From Saccostrea echinata (Eukaryota), in assembly GCF_033153115.1 (NCBI RefSeq), contig NW_026889796.1:6820001-6884000 (forward strand): a DNA stretch of 64,000 nt, read 5' to 3'. The position numbers and the translations under genes are program-made. Shown piece by piece: positions 1-13,871 of the stretch. The notes below the pieces were generated by a model. It was given only the letters and a program-made list of their open reading frames with translations. It had not been told where the DNA came from and did not search any database. Each line of letters starts with the position of its first letter. Position 1 is the first letter of the stretch.

Positions 1-1996
1 CCCTCTCTCTCTCTTTTGCTAAAAGTGAGAGTGAGACCCCCTCCCCCTAAAAAGTAATAGGATTTCCGAATTTGGTGATAAGCCAGTTTTTTTTCTTGTC
101 AATTTGGTAGGTTTTTTTTATTTAGCGAAACGTCCCCATCCCTCCTTTTTGCATGTCAATACCCCCACCCTCGATTTATAAAGAGAGCTTAACTACTAGG
201 ACTGAAATAAAAACAAGAAAAGTTCAATTCAATAAAAGGCCAAATAATTTTTTTTCTTCAGTTTAGACACCTCCTATAATTCTAGAACCAAACTACCGAT
301 TCACAAAAACATGTCAATACAAAAACCCAAATTAAAACAAGAACTTTATATCGGTCTTTTCCCTCTAGAGTCTTTTTCAGAAAACTGGCTCTTGAGTAGA
401 ATTTCCCTTTCAGAAATCCCACACCAGATTCAATTTTCCTGGGAAATCCCTACTCTGTGTAACAGTTTTAAAGTGCGATTCCCTCAAAAGCCATTTTACC
501 CCTTCTCCTATAAAATATCATGCCAGTACTTATATACGAGGGCAAGGGGGCGAGACATGGTTACAAATGTCCCTCTATAATTTTTCCACAGGTGCTCTCG
601 CAGTAGACAATCTTAATGAAACTTCACAAAAATTGTAATAAAAAAGTCTAGTTGCGTCAAAAATTTAATTTAAAAAAAAAGAGGAATTTGATTTTTAATG
701 GATTTTTTCTCCAGTTTTATTTCATCAAACTACATGTGCATAATATTGATTAAGTGTCTCTCCAAGTTTCTGGAATTTAAAATAGCTGTCCAGTATTACA
801 CCTCTGTGGTCGAGGGGTCATACCTATCCTACAGCTTAGAAGAGCAGTGCTTTTTGTATTGTACTTTTTTTTAACTACTAAAATTCCATACTAAATTTGA
901 ACAATTCCTGAGCAAAAACACTAATATTTCTATTAAAAAATCAGTTGATTTTCATATAAACTTTAATAATGTCGATATGATTTAAGCATTGATAAAACAG
1001 GGGAAAACCTACTCTGAGAAAGAAATAGGGGAAAAATAGGCTTTAGTGTAAGATTTCCCCTGGGGGAAATCCCATTAGATTCCGGGGGGGGGGGGGGGTT
1101 ATAGGGGAAATCCTACTTTGTACACCGGTTGTCATAAAAATTACATCAATTAAATGTTTTGATTTCATAATTCCATTTTTCTCGTAGAAAGACACATTTT
1201 CTCTATCGTAGAAAAATATATTCCTTTGCAAAATCAAGGTTGTAAATGCTAAGTATATTACCTAATTTAAAATATTTTAGAAAAATATAGGAAGAAAATG
1301 AAGAATTCAAAAGGTTTCAATAAATAAGACAGGCGGGGGGGGGGGGGGGGTCGGGAAATGGGGTCCGGACCCCCCTCCCCCATGGGATTTTCAGTTATAA
1401 TTTTTTTTTGCTTGTCAAAAACTTCATATGAGAGTCATTTTTTTTTAACTGGTTGAACCCCCCTTCTGAAAAATTCCTGGAACTGCGCATAAGAGGACTA
1501 CCGATTTTCTGTGCTTTTCTCTGATCTTGGATGTCAAAAACCAAGGCACATGCAGGGCTTGATAGAGGTAGAAAACTTGAAATAACCTAATGGAAAAAAT
1601 GAAGGAGAAACGGTTGAAAGAGAAAGCTACTTGATGTTTTTCTCTATGCAAGACAGAGAGGACAAAGTGAGAAAAAAAAAAGAAAGAGAAAGAGGAATCA
1701 AGGGTATGAATGGGGATATGTATGCCTGTGGCAATTTCATATTAAAAATCTTACAATTTATTTATAAGATAATAAGATTTTTAGTGTACATCTTAATATT
1801 TTCAACGAAGATTCAAAAATTGAAAAGTTTGTGACCTATAATTTTTTTAGATTTAAAAAAAATAAATAAAATTTACATTAAACAACTAAAATATGCAATT
1901 ATAACGTTTAAAACGTTGTAACAACGTTATGACTTTAATAACGTTATTTTGACGTAACGTCAATGTGTACCAACACCGTGCGCAACGTCAATAACG

Positions 1997-2536
1997 AAGC
2001 TTTATGATAAACGTGATGACTTTAACTTTTTAATCGTCAACTTCCCTTACTTATGCAGCAATATACCTTCATCACCTGCATACGGAGTTTACATCTCTCA
2101 GTTGATTCGATACGCAAGAGCATGCTCTACGTATGTACAATTTCTAAAACGAGGTAAATAATTAACAAACAAGTTAATGAAACAAGAATATCGGCAGTCT
2201 CGTTTAAAGTCATCATTTCGTAAGTTCTATGGTGGATACAATGACCTTGTCAGCAAATACAATTTAACATGGAGTCAAATGCTGACTGACGTTTTTCATA
2301 CTGGTTGTTTGGCCATTATTTACACAATGGATTGTCGACGAATTTTTCCGTTATTTCCTGATCATAACAAGGAGCACACGGCGGGTGTTTTACCGGTCGG
2401 CAGGGGATGCTCACTCCTCCATGGTATCTGATCCCACCTCTGATGTTTTGGAGGACCGTGTTTGCTCTCGTCCTATTTTGTATTGTTTAATGGACTTTTG
2501 AGCTTGAATACTGTTCGTTATCTCCATATATTTCAT
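1997..2536 (+). mobile_element. Penelope-like retroelement, 3' fragment (RT C-terminus + 3' UTR)
   Basis: Encodes YDKRDDFNF..VNFPYLCSNIPSSPAYGVYISQLIRYARAC..LKSSFRKFYG..MLTDVFHT, typical of the C-terminus of a PLE reverse transcriptase. Homologous to the copies at 17062-17810 and 31385-32570. Boundaries approximate. Confidence 0.8.
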
Positions 2537-2660
2537 GGTATGAATACCTATTCAAAATACCATCTGACAGCATCAGAAAAAAAAAATTAATGACGATGTG
2601 TAAAGACTTCCTTTTACATTATGGAATTGGCCTCAAAATCCAACTATTGATAATATAATA

Positions 2661-3903
2661 CCCTAAAACCTTGTAAGTATACCGGATTTAATAATAAGCC
2701 AGTTCTGAAAATAAGCCATCTTTTTCTGGCATTGAAAATTACTCGAAAATAAGCCTGTTTTGAAAATAAGCCGGTCATGTCAATGCCATTTAGGAAAGAT
2801 TTTAGACTAAAAGGAGTTTTTTTTCTACATGCAAGATTTTGAACACAGTATTCTTTTATTCTTTTATTTTATTATAAATATTCCATGACATTTATGATAG
2901 ATTCAAATGAAATGTCTAAAACTTTGATAAAACCATAAAAATTCAATCAAAGTCCAATATTTAGTTTTAAAATTATTTTTTAAAAAATCCTTAGGCATGA
3001 TAAAATATTAAAATTTCAACTTTCAGTTATAGTAAGAACACTATACGTAGCACTAAAATACAGGGCTGTACTGGTGCTGTCACACACTTAATTTGAGCTC
3101 AGCCAGAGGAATGTCTTCATCAGAATCACTGCAGTTGTCCAAAATAAAACAGCCCATTTCATCGTCTTCAGCCCCCTCCTTCTCCGTCTCAGCTGTCGAT
3201 GCACTGGAAGTGAATGAGGTGATCCTCACTACTATCTATCTTGCCCGGTGCGATAAATTGTGCCGTTTTTTGAAATTGTTAAACCAGCCGCGACTGCATT
3301 TGAAGTCAGAATCTGCAAGTTCGGCCGCACGTGATTTAAACCACCATAATTTTGCCTTCAATCCCTCCTCCCGAATTTCTATAAATTCACGATGCAATTG
3401 CCTTTCCATTTCAGGATAAAGTGATTTTCGCCCCGAACCATGTGACTTTGAACCTTTTGGCGTTTCTTGCAGTTTTATTTCTGTCTGTTGAGTCACACTG
3501 TCTTAATCCATCGCCGCACATTGCTTTCGTCAATTCCAAAATACTTTGCGGTTTTGATGATACAATTTTTCGTATTGCCAAGTGACAGTTCTTTGTAATG
3601 CTCTACAACCCTAAGTTTAAATTCTCTGTCATAACTTTTTTTGGAGTAGGAGTACGTCTAGCAGTCGCCATTGCCAATAGCTCACTGTTTTAAAAACGGG
3701 CGCCCAGAATTAAAGACACTTGAACACTATTCATCCTGGATATTCTGTTTTTAGAATAAAAAAAGTAGTTCACAATCGATCGATTACAATTTATTGTTTT
3801 GATAATAAGCCGTGATTTGAAAATAAGACGATTTTGAAAATAAGCCCCCCACTTTCTTACCAAAACTTAAAATAAGCCGCGACTTATTTTCAAGGTTTAA
3901 GGG
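2661..3903 (-). mobile_element. Internally deleted pogo/Tigger-like DNA transposon
   Basis: Imperfect TIRs (TA|CCCTAAAACCTTG ... CAAGGTTTAAGGG|TA) and repeated subterminal AAAATAAGCC motifs at both ends. Frameshifted N-terminal HTH (KSYDREFKLRVVEHY..AKYFGIDESNVRRWIK) followed by a CENP-B/Tc5 HTH (ORF 3236-3496, GRKSLYPEMERQL..FKCSRGWFNNFKKRH) and an acidic tail. No DDE domain. Confidence 0.8.
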
Positions 3904-5428
3904 TATCAGAGCATATTACCATTTGTAACTTTCACATTGTTTGATGTCTTCACAACATTTATGTTGGTTAGATATGGTCAATTTGAAAAAAAAAATCTGT
4001 AAAACTGTAGAGTCATTTATGCAAGAAAAATTTGAAGGAAATGCATCGAGTCAAGCTGTCGTCGTAATAAGTCAATGATGGTGAAAAACATTGCATTTTT
4101 CATCAAACGGGTTTTCAAACATTCCTATAATAATCATGAAATTTAATTATTCTATATCTGATTGACAGTATCACATAGATCAGCTTCAATGAATATTTCT
4201 TTGTTTTGTCTTTTGTAATGTATGTGAACCCCGTATACATGTCATTATCAAAAATCAAAATCAAAAAATAAAATAATAAAAAATAAACTATGTCATAGAA
4301 ATTGTGTTTCTAGGTCAGTTGAAATGAACATTTCTTATGTAATACATATATTTTTTTTCTTTAGATGTAAGTCCCTTATTAATGTCACTATAATAAAAAA
4401 AATACTATGTCACAGAAATAGCGTAATATTACTTTTGACAATTCTGCTCTAGCAGGCTTCTTCGTGGAATTGCTATTTTAAATGGTACCAACTACAGGAA
4501 AGATAATCAAAGCAATACATTAACAGTCATAACAGTATTTATTAAACTTAAAACAGAAATAATGTACAAAATCACAAACGTATTTACAAAACATTGACCA
4601 TCATATAATACGTGATGTCAAAGTTTGAAAAGCAACAAAATAGAAAAAAAGATATATAACACAGATTTCAAGACACACAGAAAAATAACATTGACGAGAA
4701 AATGCAACGTATTTTATCATGACGTATTTTATCGAGGTAGTTTAATATTACCATTATGTTATTTTCAAAGTTTATATATTGTATTCATGACCTACAAGAG
4801 AATAATCTGGAAAAAATTAACAAATTTACACCACATTGTTTTTCTCTTGTCACAAATTTTAAACACACGTAATTTACATATACAATATTAACCATATCTT
4901 ACAAAACCACCATTGGAAAAAACTTTGATCTCTGAAAAAGAAAGTTTTACAAAGAACGCTTAGATAATAGCATTAAGATGAACATTGACAGAATAAAGAA
5001 AGCGTAAGATTTCAAGTTAATGCCTGAATTTCTTTTCTTTGGTTAAGTTGTATAGAATCATTAACTATTTGTCATAATAAAAAGTTTCTTGAAGGAAAAA
5101 AGTTGTGTCAGAACGACATAACCAGTCTGCAAATTTAAGTTATGCTTTCCCTTTAAGTAGTGTTAGTTACATTATGGTTTTGGATACATGTATAAAGAAA
5201 CCGTCTATTTACAGACCCCTATTCTATGTTAAAAGTGGAAATGATAAGTGTTTCAAGTGTCACTTAGTATGATAGATCGTTATCTTAACAATAACAATAA
5301 CAATCCCTTTATAGAGATCACTATCAGACAGATACAAGTATTAATTAAACAATACTCATTTTACATATTAGTTTGGGAATGAGTTATGATTGCATGTGAA
5401 GTGTTTATATCGGGAAGAAGAATTTTTT

Positions 5429-5583
5429 NNNNNNNNNNNNNNNNNNNNNNNNNNNNNNNNNNNNNNNNNNNNNNNNNNNNNNNNNNNNNNNNNNNNNNNN
5501 NNNNNNNNNNNNNNNNNNNNNNNNNNNNNNNNNNNNNNNNNNNNNNNNNNNNNNNNNNNNNNNNNNNNNNNNNNNNNNNNNNN
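5429..5583. other. Assembly gap (run of N)
   Basis: Run of N just downstream of the TNF gene 1 stop codon. Confidence 1.
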
Positions 5584-5651
5584 GATAGTGACTTACAAAA
5601 GGGAACGAATTACAGAGTAATCATAGTTGTATAAAGTTAAAATAAGAGTTG

Positions 5652-8600
5652 TCATTCTTGGGTGTTACAACTGTAATCACCATGCAGTAGAGCTCGTGCA
5701 GGATTGATCTGAACAACACCAAAATAAGACGCTTCCGTATTAGTATAGATAAATGTAGGGTCTCCAATTGGTCTTATCATAATGTAATCATCACATTCAA
5801 GCTTGAACATCCCCATGTGATTCACTGTGTCAAAAGGATACTCTCCAACTGTTATATCGTAATATGCTTGACCCCTGGAACAAAACAATTAATATAAGGC
5901 GGATAAATGATATAATAATCATATTAAAAAACACTTTTGTTTATGTTTTTGAACAGGACGTTGACCTAGGTGCTATACACTATATGTTATCCTATTTTAA
6001 AAACTATGTCAGACAGGTCACGGGTTTATTTACTTGTTACATAATGTTGGTAAATATACATTGTCAGGAATTACAAACCTATTATCCTGTGTTATGTAAC
6101 TTTTTATCAAGGTCTTTTCGTTTCCACCATGAACCAGAACTGTTTCAAATCCCACGGATGGTTCGTACCTGTACATCATAGCATAAAACTAACATTTAAT
6201 AAACGCAAAGTACTAGTATGTGCGCATATAGTTGTAAATAATTATGAAGCAATTTATGCTACGTTTATTAAAAACTACTAGATCTTAGATAAAATCATTC
6301 TGAGATTTATGATGCATTCTAAGTTAATGTCAGTGTTTATAAATGGATTTGTTTACATATAAAATTGATCTCTTAAGTAAAAGCATCAAATGCTTTTAAA
6401 ACACAAGAGCCAAACAGATCAAAGCTCTTTTAATATTCATTTAAAATTGAACTAGATGCCAACAGAGCAGTGCTGTAAACAAGACAGATTTGAGATGGGT
6501 AGCAATTTGTTATGAAGTGGCACTGCTTTGCAAAAAGAACACCCTACCGAAACAGAAAGCAAATATTTCCTCAAAGTCTATTTATACTTTGGGGCATAAA
6601 TCACAAGTATTTGCATCAGAACAGTTCGTTACTATAGAATTAAAGCATAGTTATCGCCATAAAAAGAAGATAAGATATCTGCTTATAAATTAATAAACCT
6701 GTCTGTGTAAAGCTTCAAATTCATTTTTAGTATTAGAAAAAAGTACACACCAAAGGTAAATTTGTGTACTTCTGTACTTATTTACTTTTATTTTCTATTT
6801 AAGCCTTTTTTCTACATATAGAATAAAAATGCAAAAATACAAGCAGTACGAAATCGTGAAACGTCCTTGAAATGAAATGATCACGATAAACGAAGACAAA
6901 TTTAACATCCATTAATCAGACAGGTATTCATTGAATCGAGCTAATATTCTTAAATCGTTTCTCTTACTACATGTATTTATAAGCTTTTTGTACGATGGAA
7001 TAAAACTTTCAAATAACACTGTGTTGCGCTTTCTTAAGTACACAGTAGAAAAGCTTGATTATACCTACTGGTTTGCTATCATTCAAGGACCTTAACATAA
7101 AAGGAATTGTCCTTAGTTTTGTAAGTTTATTGTCAGTCTAATACATTTTGAAAATATATGTATGTTAAAAAGTCTCCAAGAAAAATATCATTAATTCCGT
7201 CATGTAAATTGAGTTATATATTACATGAAGATGTTGATGCTGAAAGATTTTTTGAAAATTATGTATCACTCAAAATGATACGAATGACTAAGTGGCCCTT
7301 TTCAGTCAAGTATGTTAAATTTGTTAAATGTTCGTTTTTAGTTGTTATTTTATTGTAAGATGGCATGCAAACAAAAAATCGTATCATCTTACAGCACCCT
7401 ATTTAAGTATGCCAATCGTAGCAACCGTAGCTATATCTACCCTCGCTCTGGACCGTTGACTGCTACTTGAGCATATACTAAATATATGCCTGGACTGCGA
7501 ACTTTGATAGCTACAGGCATATTGTAGGCGTTGTCTCTGATATAGTCAAAAGTGGAGGAATATATAGACTCCGGATCACTCCATCTGAAGCAGTGTTTCC
7601 TATTGTAGCAACCCTCTACAAAAGTAAGGTTATCAGTATAGACGTTAAACCGACAACTTGATATATACTAAGTACTCAAGAGCTTCCATACCGGAAGTTA
7701 TCTCTTGACATATTAGAATGTTCAATCTTTTCATAGTGAAGTCGTTTTCTAAAATTCAAACTGTCTATAGCAAAATTGTACAGCTTTGAAAAAGAAATTC
7801 AAAATGTAGTATTATGTTTCCTACCTATGTTATTGACGGGAGATTTAAGGGTGTCCTGAGTCATGGAGGAAGACATTGTTAAGTGGACGACCTTCTTCAT
7901 TATTCCATCTTCAAGAAAATTGCTTGACTATGATTGATTTTGACTATATTTAAAATCAAATATATCTAAATGCATCTTTAATTCTTATGAATTTGACTAT
8001 TTTTAAAATTAAATTACAAATATATCTAAATACATCCTTAATTCTTATCGGAGAGAATTTCAGAAAATAAAACATTAAGGCAGAATGAAATAAGAAGAGA
8101 GGGTTACCTTCCAAGTTTCGAATCGTGGTATTCACCAACTTGTCTGAAAAAAGAGAGAATTCAGTTATATTGAGACAAACCAGCCTGTTGAAATACTGCT
8201 ATTCTAGTTTTTTTCAATTATGCTTCAATTTTCATAATATATATAAGAAATATATATAGAGAACATTTCGTACTCAATTCTCTTTTTATTTCAGATAATT
8301 CTGCCCTTACTTGATTCCTCCATCGACCTGAAATTACACAAGGAAAATTATTTCCAAAAAAAAAAAATGAATGGGAAAGAGAGAGCATTACGAAAGTACA
8401 ATAACATGGGCTATACAGAAAGTTCTGATACTAAAGCAGTTTAGTATAACTTTTGATTTTTTATTCCTTCATATTGATGTTTTACTGAAATTTTTCGTTT
8501 CCAGTACTCGAATGGGACGTAAAACAACATACAATCAATCAATCAATCGTTTCCAGTAGGATAAATGACAAATTATCAAATGTTGATGACTGTCCCTGTA

Positions 8601-9892
8601 AAAAAAAATATTCTTACAATGTCTTGTGATGTATCATTGATGAAAAATTATACATATGTATACAGTACTTCATATGTTCTATATAAAGTCTCATGTTGGA
8701 AAATATCGGAATCTTTTTCTATTTACAGGAACACATGATATGATTACCAATGCTCTTGATTGCCAAAATATGTGAATTTATAATACCAGAAAGGTAATTC
8801 GTAAACATTGGTTTATTGTAGTTGTGACTGCAACATTAGCCAAAGGCGCTAGCAAGATATTGTCCCATGATTTTTAATCGTTTAGAGGTTTAAACATGAA
8901 TTTTAAAGAGTAGCATTGTCTTTAATGATCTTCACATCTGAGATGTTTTGCAGTCGAAGATAAGCTCAAAACAGTTAAAACAATAGTTTCCCTCAGAATT
9001 TTTTTTTGGTGATCATTGCATGGAATGTTTCAAAGTCGATGTTACATGTTAGCAAGTTTAAATAAAATGGATCCGATATTACTGATATTCAGGGAAAGAT
9101 AAAGACATATTTTTGAAATGGTCACGCGCATACACTGTTTTATGACAATAAGCCCCAGAACTTTTGTATTACTTGTCGTAAATAATTACCATTTCTTTTC
9201 TCTCTTCTGTATTCAAGATTTCTCTGCAAGAAGAACACTCTTGTAAGCTGTCGATATTATTCAGTAGCAGTTAAAGAAATAACCATACATAAATCTAAGC
9301 CCTTTTAAAGGTTTGGAATCCTTTTTAAATATGAAGTCCGTTTAAAATAATGCAAACATGCTGAATATTTTTATTATGAAAAAGGTGAAGATAACGAACA
9401 GTGATCGATCTTTAAAAAAAAAAAACTACGAACGAATAGAGGCATAAATCGCGGATTGAACCCACGGAAATTCCCAAGTATAAATGAACATTTACTAGTA
9501 CCTCTGCTTGTCTTTTTTTAAAATCAAATTTGACAAAGCAATTGCCGCACACCATAATTTCATAAAACCCATATATATATATTACTTACGTTGATTTCAG
9601 ATGATTTCTTCTGTCCATATAAGATACTTTTAGGTTCAAATAAAGGCCTTTGCGCCAAATAAACTTGAGCTTCTTCATTGTTTTGCAGTCTCTGTAGGGT
9701 TTTTTCTAGTTGATTAGTTTGAATAATTAAATAAGCTACAACTACTGACAAGAAAACAACAGCAGCTCCAAGTACTTTGATGGTGGTTGGTAGGTATTTC
9801 TCATGGCTGCAATTTGCACCGTGTACAGATCTTTCCTGAATCGGCAGACACAGACACGTGCTTTCCGATTTCGGTAAACAATTGCACTCCAT
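5652..9892 (-). CDS. TNF superfamily ligand, gene 1 (type II membrane protein, about 332 aa)
   Basis: GT-AG exons 9892-9590, 9223-9190, 8327-8274, 8143-8108, 7908-7825, 7615-7441, 6168-6079, 5874-5652 sum to 999 nt in frame. TM segment VLGAAVVFLSVVVAYLII, furin motif REKR, coiled-coil stalk, and TNF-domain motifs KKVVHL, FRW, IKVRSPGIYLVYAQV, GMFKL, SYFGVVQI. Confidence 0.88.
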
Positions 9893-9913
9893 TTAGAATT
9901 GGGATTTTCCCAT
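9893..9913 (-). promoter_or_regulatory. kappaB-like site (GGGATTTTCC, 9901-9910) overlapping a 6-codon uORF that abuts the gene 1 start codon
   Basis: Minus strand reads ATG GGA AAA TCC CAA TTC TAA ATG. The GGGAAAATCC motif is also present at almost the same distance upstream of the gene 2 ATG. Confidence 0.5.
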
Positions 9914-10322
9914 TTTTAGCCTACATCAAAGTTTTGGTTTCGTTCAGCTTTATATGAAGTATGCTATTTTACCTACTTTGAAGATCTGAGTTTATTCTTA
10001 GGCCCGCCCTCATGCCCCGCCTCTTCTGTAAAGTATATACATACAAATACCCTTCTCTTACAAGGTCGTTTCAATTGAATGGTAATTTGTAAATATTTTT
10101 TCTGTAGTCGTTTATTAATATACTTTAAGATTTAAATATAGATATACCCTAGAACTTAGCCTATAAGCCTCTGATTTCTCAGTGAAATCTATGAAGATTG
10201 ATAAATATGTAACCATGATGCTTTGTTTGCTTGAATGCTTTACGTCTCCACTCAATTTGGATGCCCCCAATTGTCGGTGAAGGCTGAAACTTAGACTGCA
10301 ATCGGCACTTATGGCCATTGAG

Positions 10323-10326
<4 letters not shown>

Positions 10327-10396
<70 letters not shown>
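10327..10396. repeat. (AT)n microsatellite
   Basis: Perfect AT dinucleotide run. Confidence 0.95.
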
Positions 10397-10401
<5 letters not shown>

Positions 10402-12205
10402 AGAGAGGTATGATTTGGAAAACATTTTCCTAAAATCAGACTTATATATAATTTTTTTGGAATAATGTTTGGAAAATCAAAATATTAAACCATATTTTTT
10501 ACAAAAAAGTGTACAAATCAAGAAATTTTTCTAAAATCATACCAGTAATAGACTGATATATGTATATTTGTATTACTTTTCGGTTGACTTAAGGATTTAA
10601 TGAAAATAGAAGAGATTTTAATCAATGGTTTATTTATTTAATAGTATTTCACAGTACAAAATGAATACATTTCTATAATTTCTAAACCTTAAAAGAAGAC
10701 TGTTTGTGCCAATAATGAGGAAATATATTCATGTGTTGGGACCAATAGCAATGAAGTATCCAAAAATGAATCAAATTTAAATTCATAAAAAATTATTATT
10801 TATAAATGTAACCAAACACATATCAACATTGAAGCTATATATTAGCACAATTACATCACAACATTGAATTCTAATCATTATTTAAGTTTATTAACACAAT
10901 TTACTCAATTTCCATGTTATCTATAAACCCCTTGAAAACAAAGACATGTTTTAAATACAAAAGCTGATATACATTTATACATTTTAAAAATATAAAACGT
11001 TATTTTGTATAATTAAACAATAATTAAAATGTCATGTATATTTATATACAATATTGCCATTTCTACAGTCAAATGTTTTATATATTGGATTTTTAGCGTG
11101 TTCAGCATAAAAGTCTTGACCTCAACATTACATCCTGATTTTCTAAAGAAAAAATTTACTTTGCATTGCAGGTTTTTATTTAATAGCACAGACACCATCA
11201 AAAATGTTTGAGACCTGAAAAGGCCTACAGGAAAAAAATTAACAAAATTCCTGATATTTATATATATACCATACCAGTATATGTCATTGAATAAGTTACA
11301 AATTGAATTAATGATACGACAATTAAATGCTCACAACACATCATTGTCTACTGCAGTGGATGTTAAAAAAAATGGAAGTTTATGCTTTAATAAATACATT
11401 ATATTATATTTTGCTCTCCGTATTTTAGTCCCATATACGCAATATTAAATTCCTATAATTAATTGTTCAGAGACTTTTAACAACTTTAGAGATATGGTTT
11501 GTCTGTAAATGAATAGGTTCTGCTTAAAATTTCTTCTTCTAGAATTTGACAAACATGGAGAAATATATTTGGAGCAAAAATTTATCTTATACGATAAGAT
11601 GCTAATCAAATATCCATTTCATGAGAAAAAGCACTGCCATTTTACGCTTTCAAAAGAAAAAAATATGTAAAATATGAAATATTCATGTACACTAGAGCGT
11701 AAAAAAATTCTATGTACATTTTATAAAAATAAAAACATTAAAAATAATCATAATAATAAAAACAAATCCACATTGTCTTATTTACAATAGATATAGAGAT
11801 GATTACTGGCCATACCACTGGCAATATCAAGCAATATGAAATGAAAAATATATGGGTTATGAAGGGACAAATAACTCATGCGTTGCCAGTATAGGATGAC
11901 AAAGTTTGTTGATAGGCGATTATTGTTGTTCAAGAAAAAATATAAAACAATATGAACAATTAAGGGGCTTGTTCACAAACACACACACCCACTATCGCCA
12001 TTGCTTAAGGCAACGATATGGATTAAAAATTTATCGTAATCATAAATGAAATGTTTTAAATTTGGCATCTATCAAAAATGAAATAAAGTATCAAACTTTA
12101 TAATTTATTAAAACGAAATTGATCTCTTACATATGTTACATAGTTGTATTTATTTATATTTCATTTTTTAATTTTCCTGTAAGCTCTCACTTGTCAAACG
12201 ATATA

Positions 12206-12332
12206 CAGTAAAACTTGCTTATAAGGAAGTCACTTAGACTTCGAATTTTACTTCAATTCTTTTTATCTGTATTAGGAACATAGTAAAAATGGTTTCTTGA
12301 AACCGACATTTCCTTATAACCGAGTATTACGG
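12206..12332. mobile_element. Tc1/mariner-type MITE overlapping the gene 2 stop codon
   Basis: Left TIR TA|CAGTAAAACTTGCTTATAAGGAA; reverse complement of the right end is CCGTAATACTCGGTTATAAGGAA. Confidence 0.55.
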
Positions 12333-13791
12333 ATGGTTACTGTGGTCTTCATATTCAGGATTATTTGCTGGATTTACCTGGTAAATACCAAAATATGATG
12401 TATCACTCCCGAAAGAAATCTCCGTATTCCCCATTAGTCTTACATATATCATATCATAGCAGTAGAACTTAAACGTCCCCTGAGCAAGGACCGTGTCAAC
12501 TGGAAACGGTTTACTGTTTATATTCTGGTAACGGCGTCCTCTGGTAAGGAAAATATATGTAACTTATATGCAAGAAGAGAAAACAGTATCAAAGTGTTGA
12601 GTTAAAAGGTTAATTCAATTTGTACTATTCAAAACTACAGCTTATGAAGTTAATACTACCTCTGGTCCTGTGTGGCAATGCCTTTTGACAAGGTAAATTC
12701 GCGTTGTCCTCGAACTTGGACAATCTGAAATCCTACGGTTGAATCATAACTAGTGCTATAAAAATAAATTTATTGCATAAATTCTCATAACTTCATGATT
12801 TATTCTAAATTCAATTGCTTCACCTTATTCTCCATACACGTGAACAAAATCACGGGAATTTAAGTGGTTAAAAAAAAAAAAAAATATTGGTTAGCAAATC
12901 ATTTATTTTTTACCTCAGATCTGGCCCACTGATTGCAAGTTGGGCGTATACATAATATATTCCCGGACTGGTAATTTTTATTGCCACTGGCATATTGTTC
13001 CCATCTTTAATGAAAGTGAACGAGTCTTTGAATTCTTCCAACGGATTGTCCCATCTCAAACACCCTGCGTTGCTTGAACAATTGGCTATTGACAAAATTA
13101 TAGATATGAATGTATTTTGTTGGACTTTAAAAGATATTTCAGGTCAAATTATAAAATCGAATCAGTTTTCATAATATGTCTTACCAATATTATCCACTCT
13201 AGTGTACAGTATCGTTCTGTTCATGCTATTACTCATGGCAAGATGTGCGACTTTCTTCAAAATGACAGCTACATAAAATAGACGTTAACTTTTAAAATGA
13301 AATATCCTAGTATTAAGAAAAAAGAACAGGAATCATCAATACACAGAGCAATATGTGGATAGAAAAATACCTGTTAGTCTCAAGAAAGAATAACATAGAA
13401 TTTGGCTATATAAATTGAAGAAATTTACCTTTCAAAATTTCAACTGTACAATTAAGAGCTGCATAACCGTCTTCGAGGGTTGAAACTCTATTCCTTAACC
13501 CTGAACAGAATACAATGATAATTATTATGTTTAATGTATATTTATGTCTCATCAATGGCATATTTATTTTCAAATCAAGATGTACATGAAGTACACATTT
13601 GCATAGTATTTTTACTGTTTGATTTTCAGATCTAAGGGTAATGATGTTTTGTGAATGGAAAATTCTCAGGAATTTTACTGAATATTTGCTTATAAATTAT
13701 TATTCTGGATTGTTTTCTTTTCTTAATTATTTTACATGATTATTTTCTTTTTGTATACACCATATCATTTTTTAAAAATAAATTTTCCTTA

Positions 13792-13871
<80 letters not shown>

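Noticed and set aside
430-1130. Repeated GGGAAATCCC kappaB-like sites
   Set aside because: They lie in repeat-like low-complexity sequence far from any identified transcription start; probably part of an unclassified repeat.
8311-8327. 17-nt microexon in gene 1 using the gtaagg donor
   Set aside because: It ends in phase 0 and puts the next exon out of frame; the 54-nt version 8327-8274 keeps the frame and gives a coiled coil.
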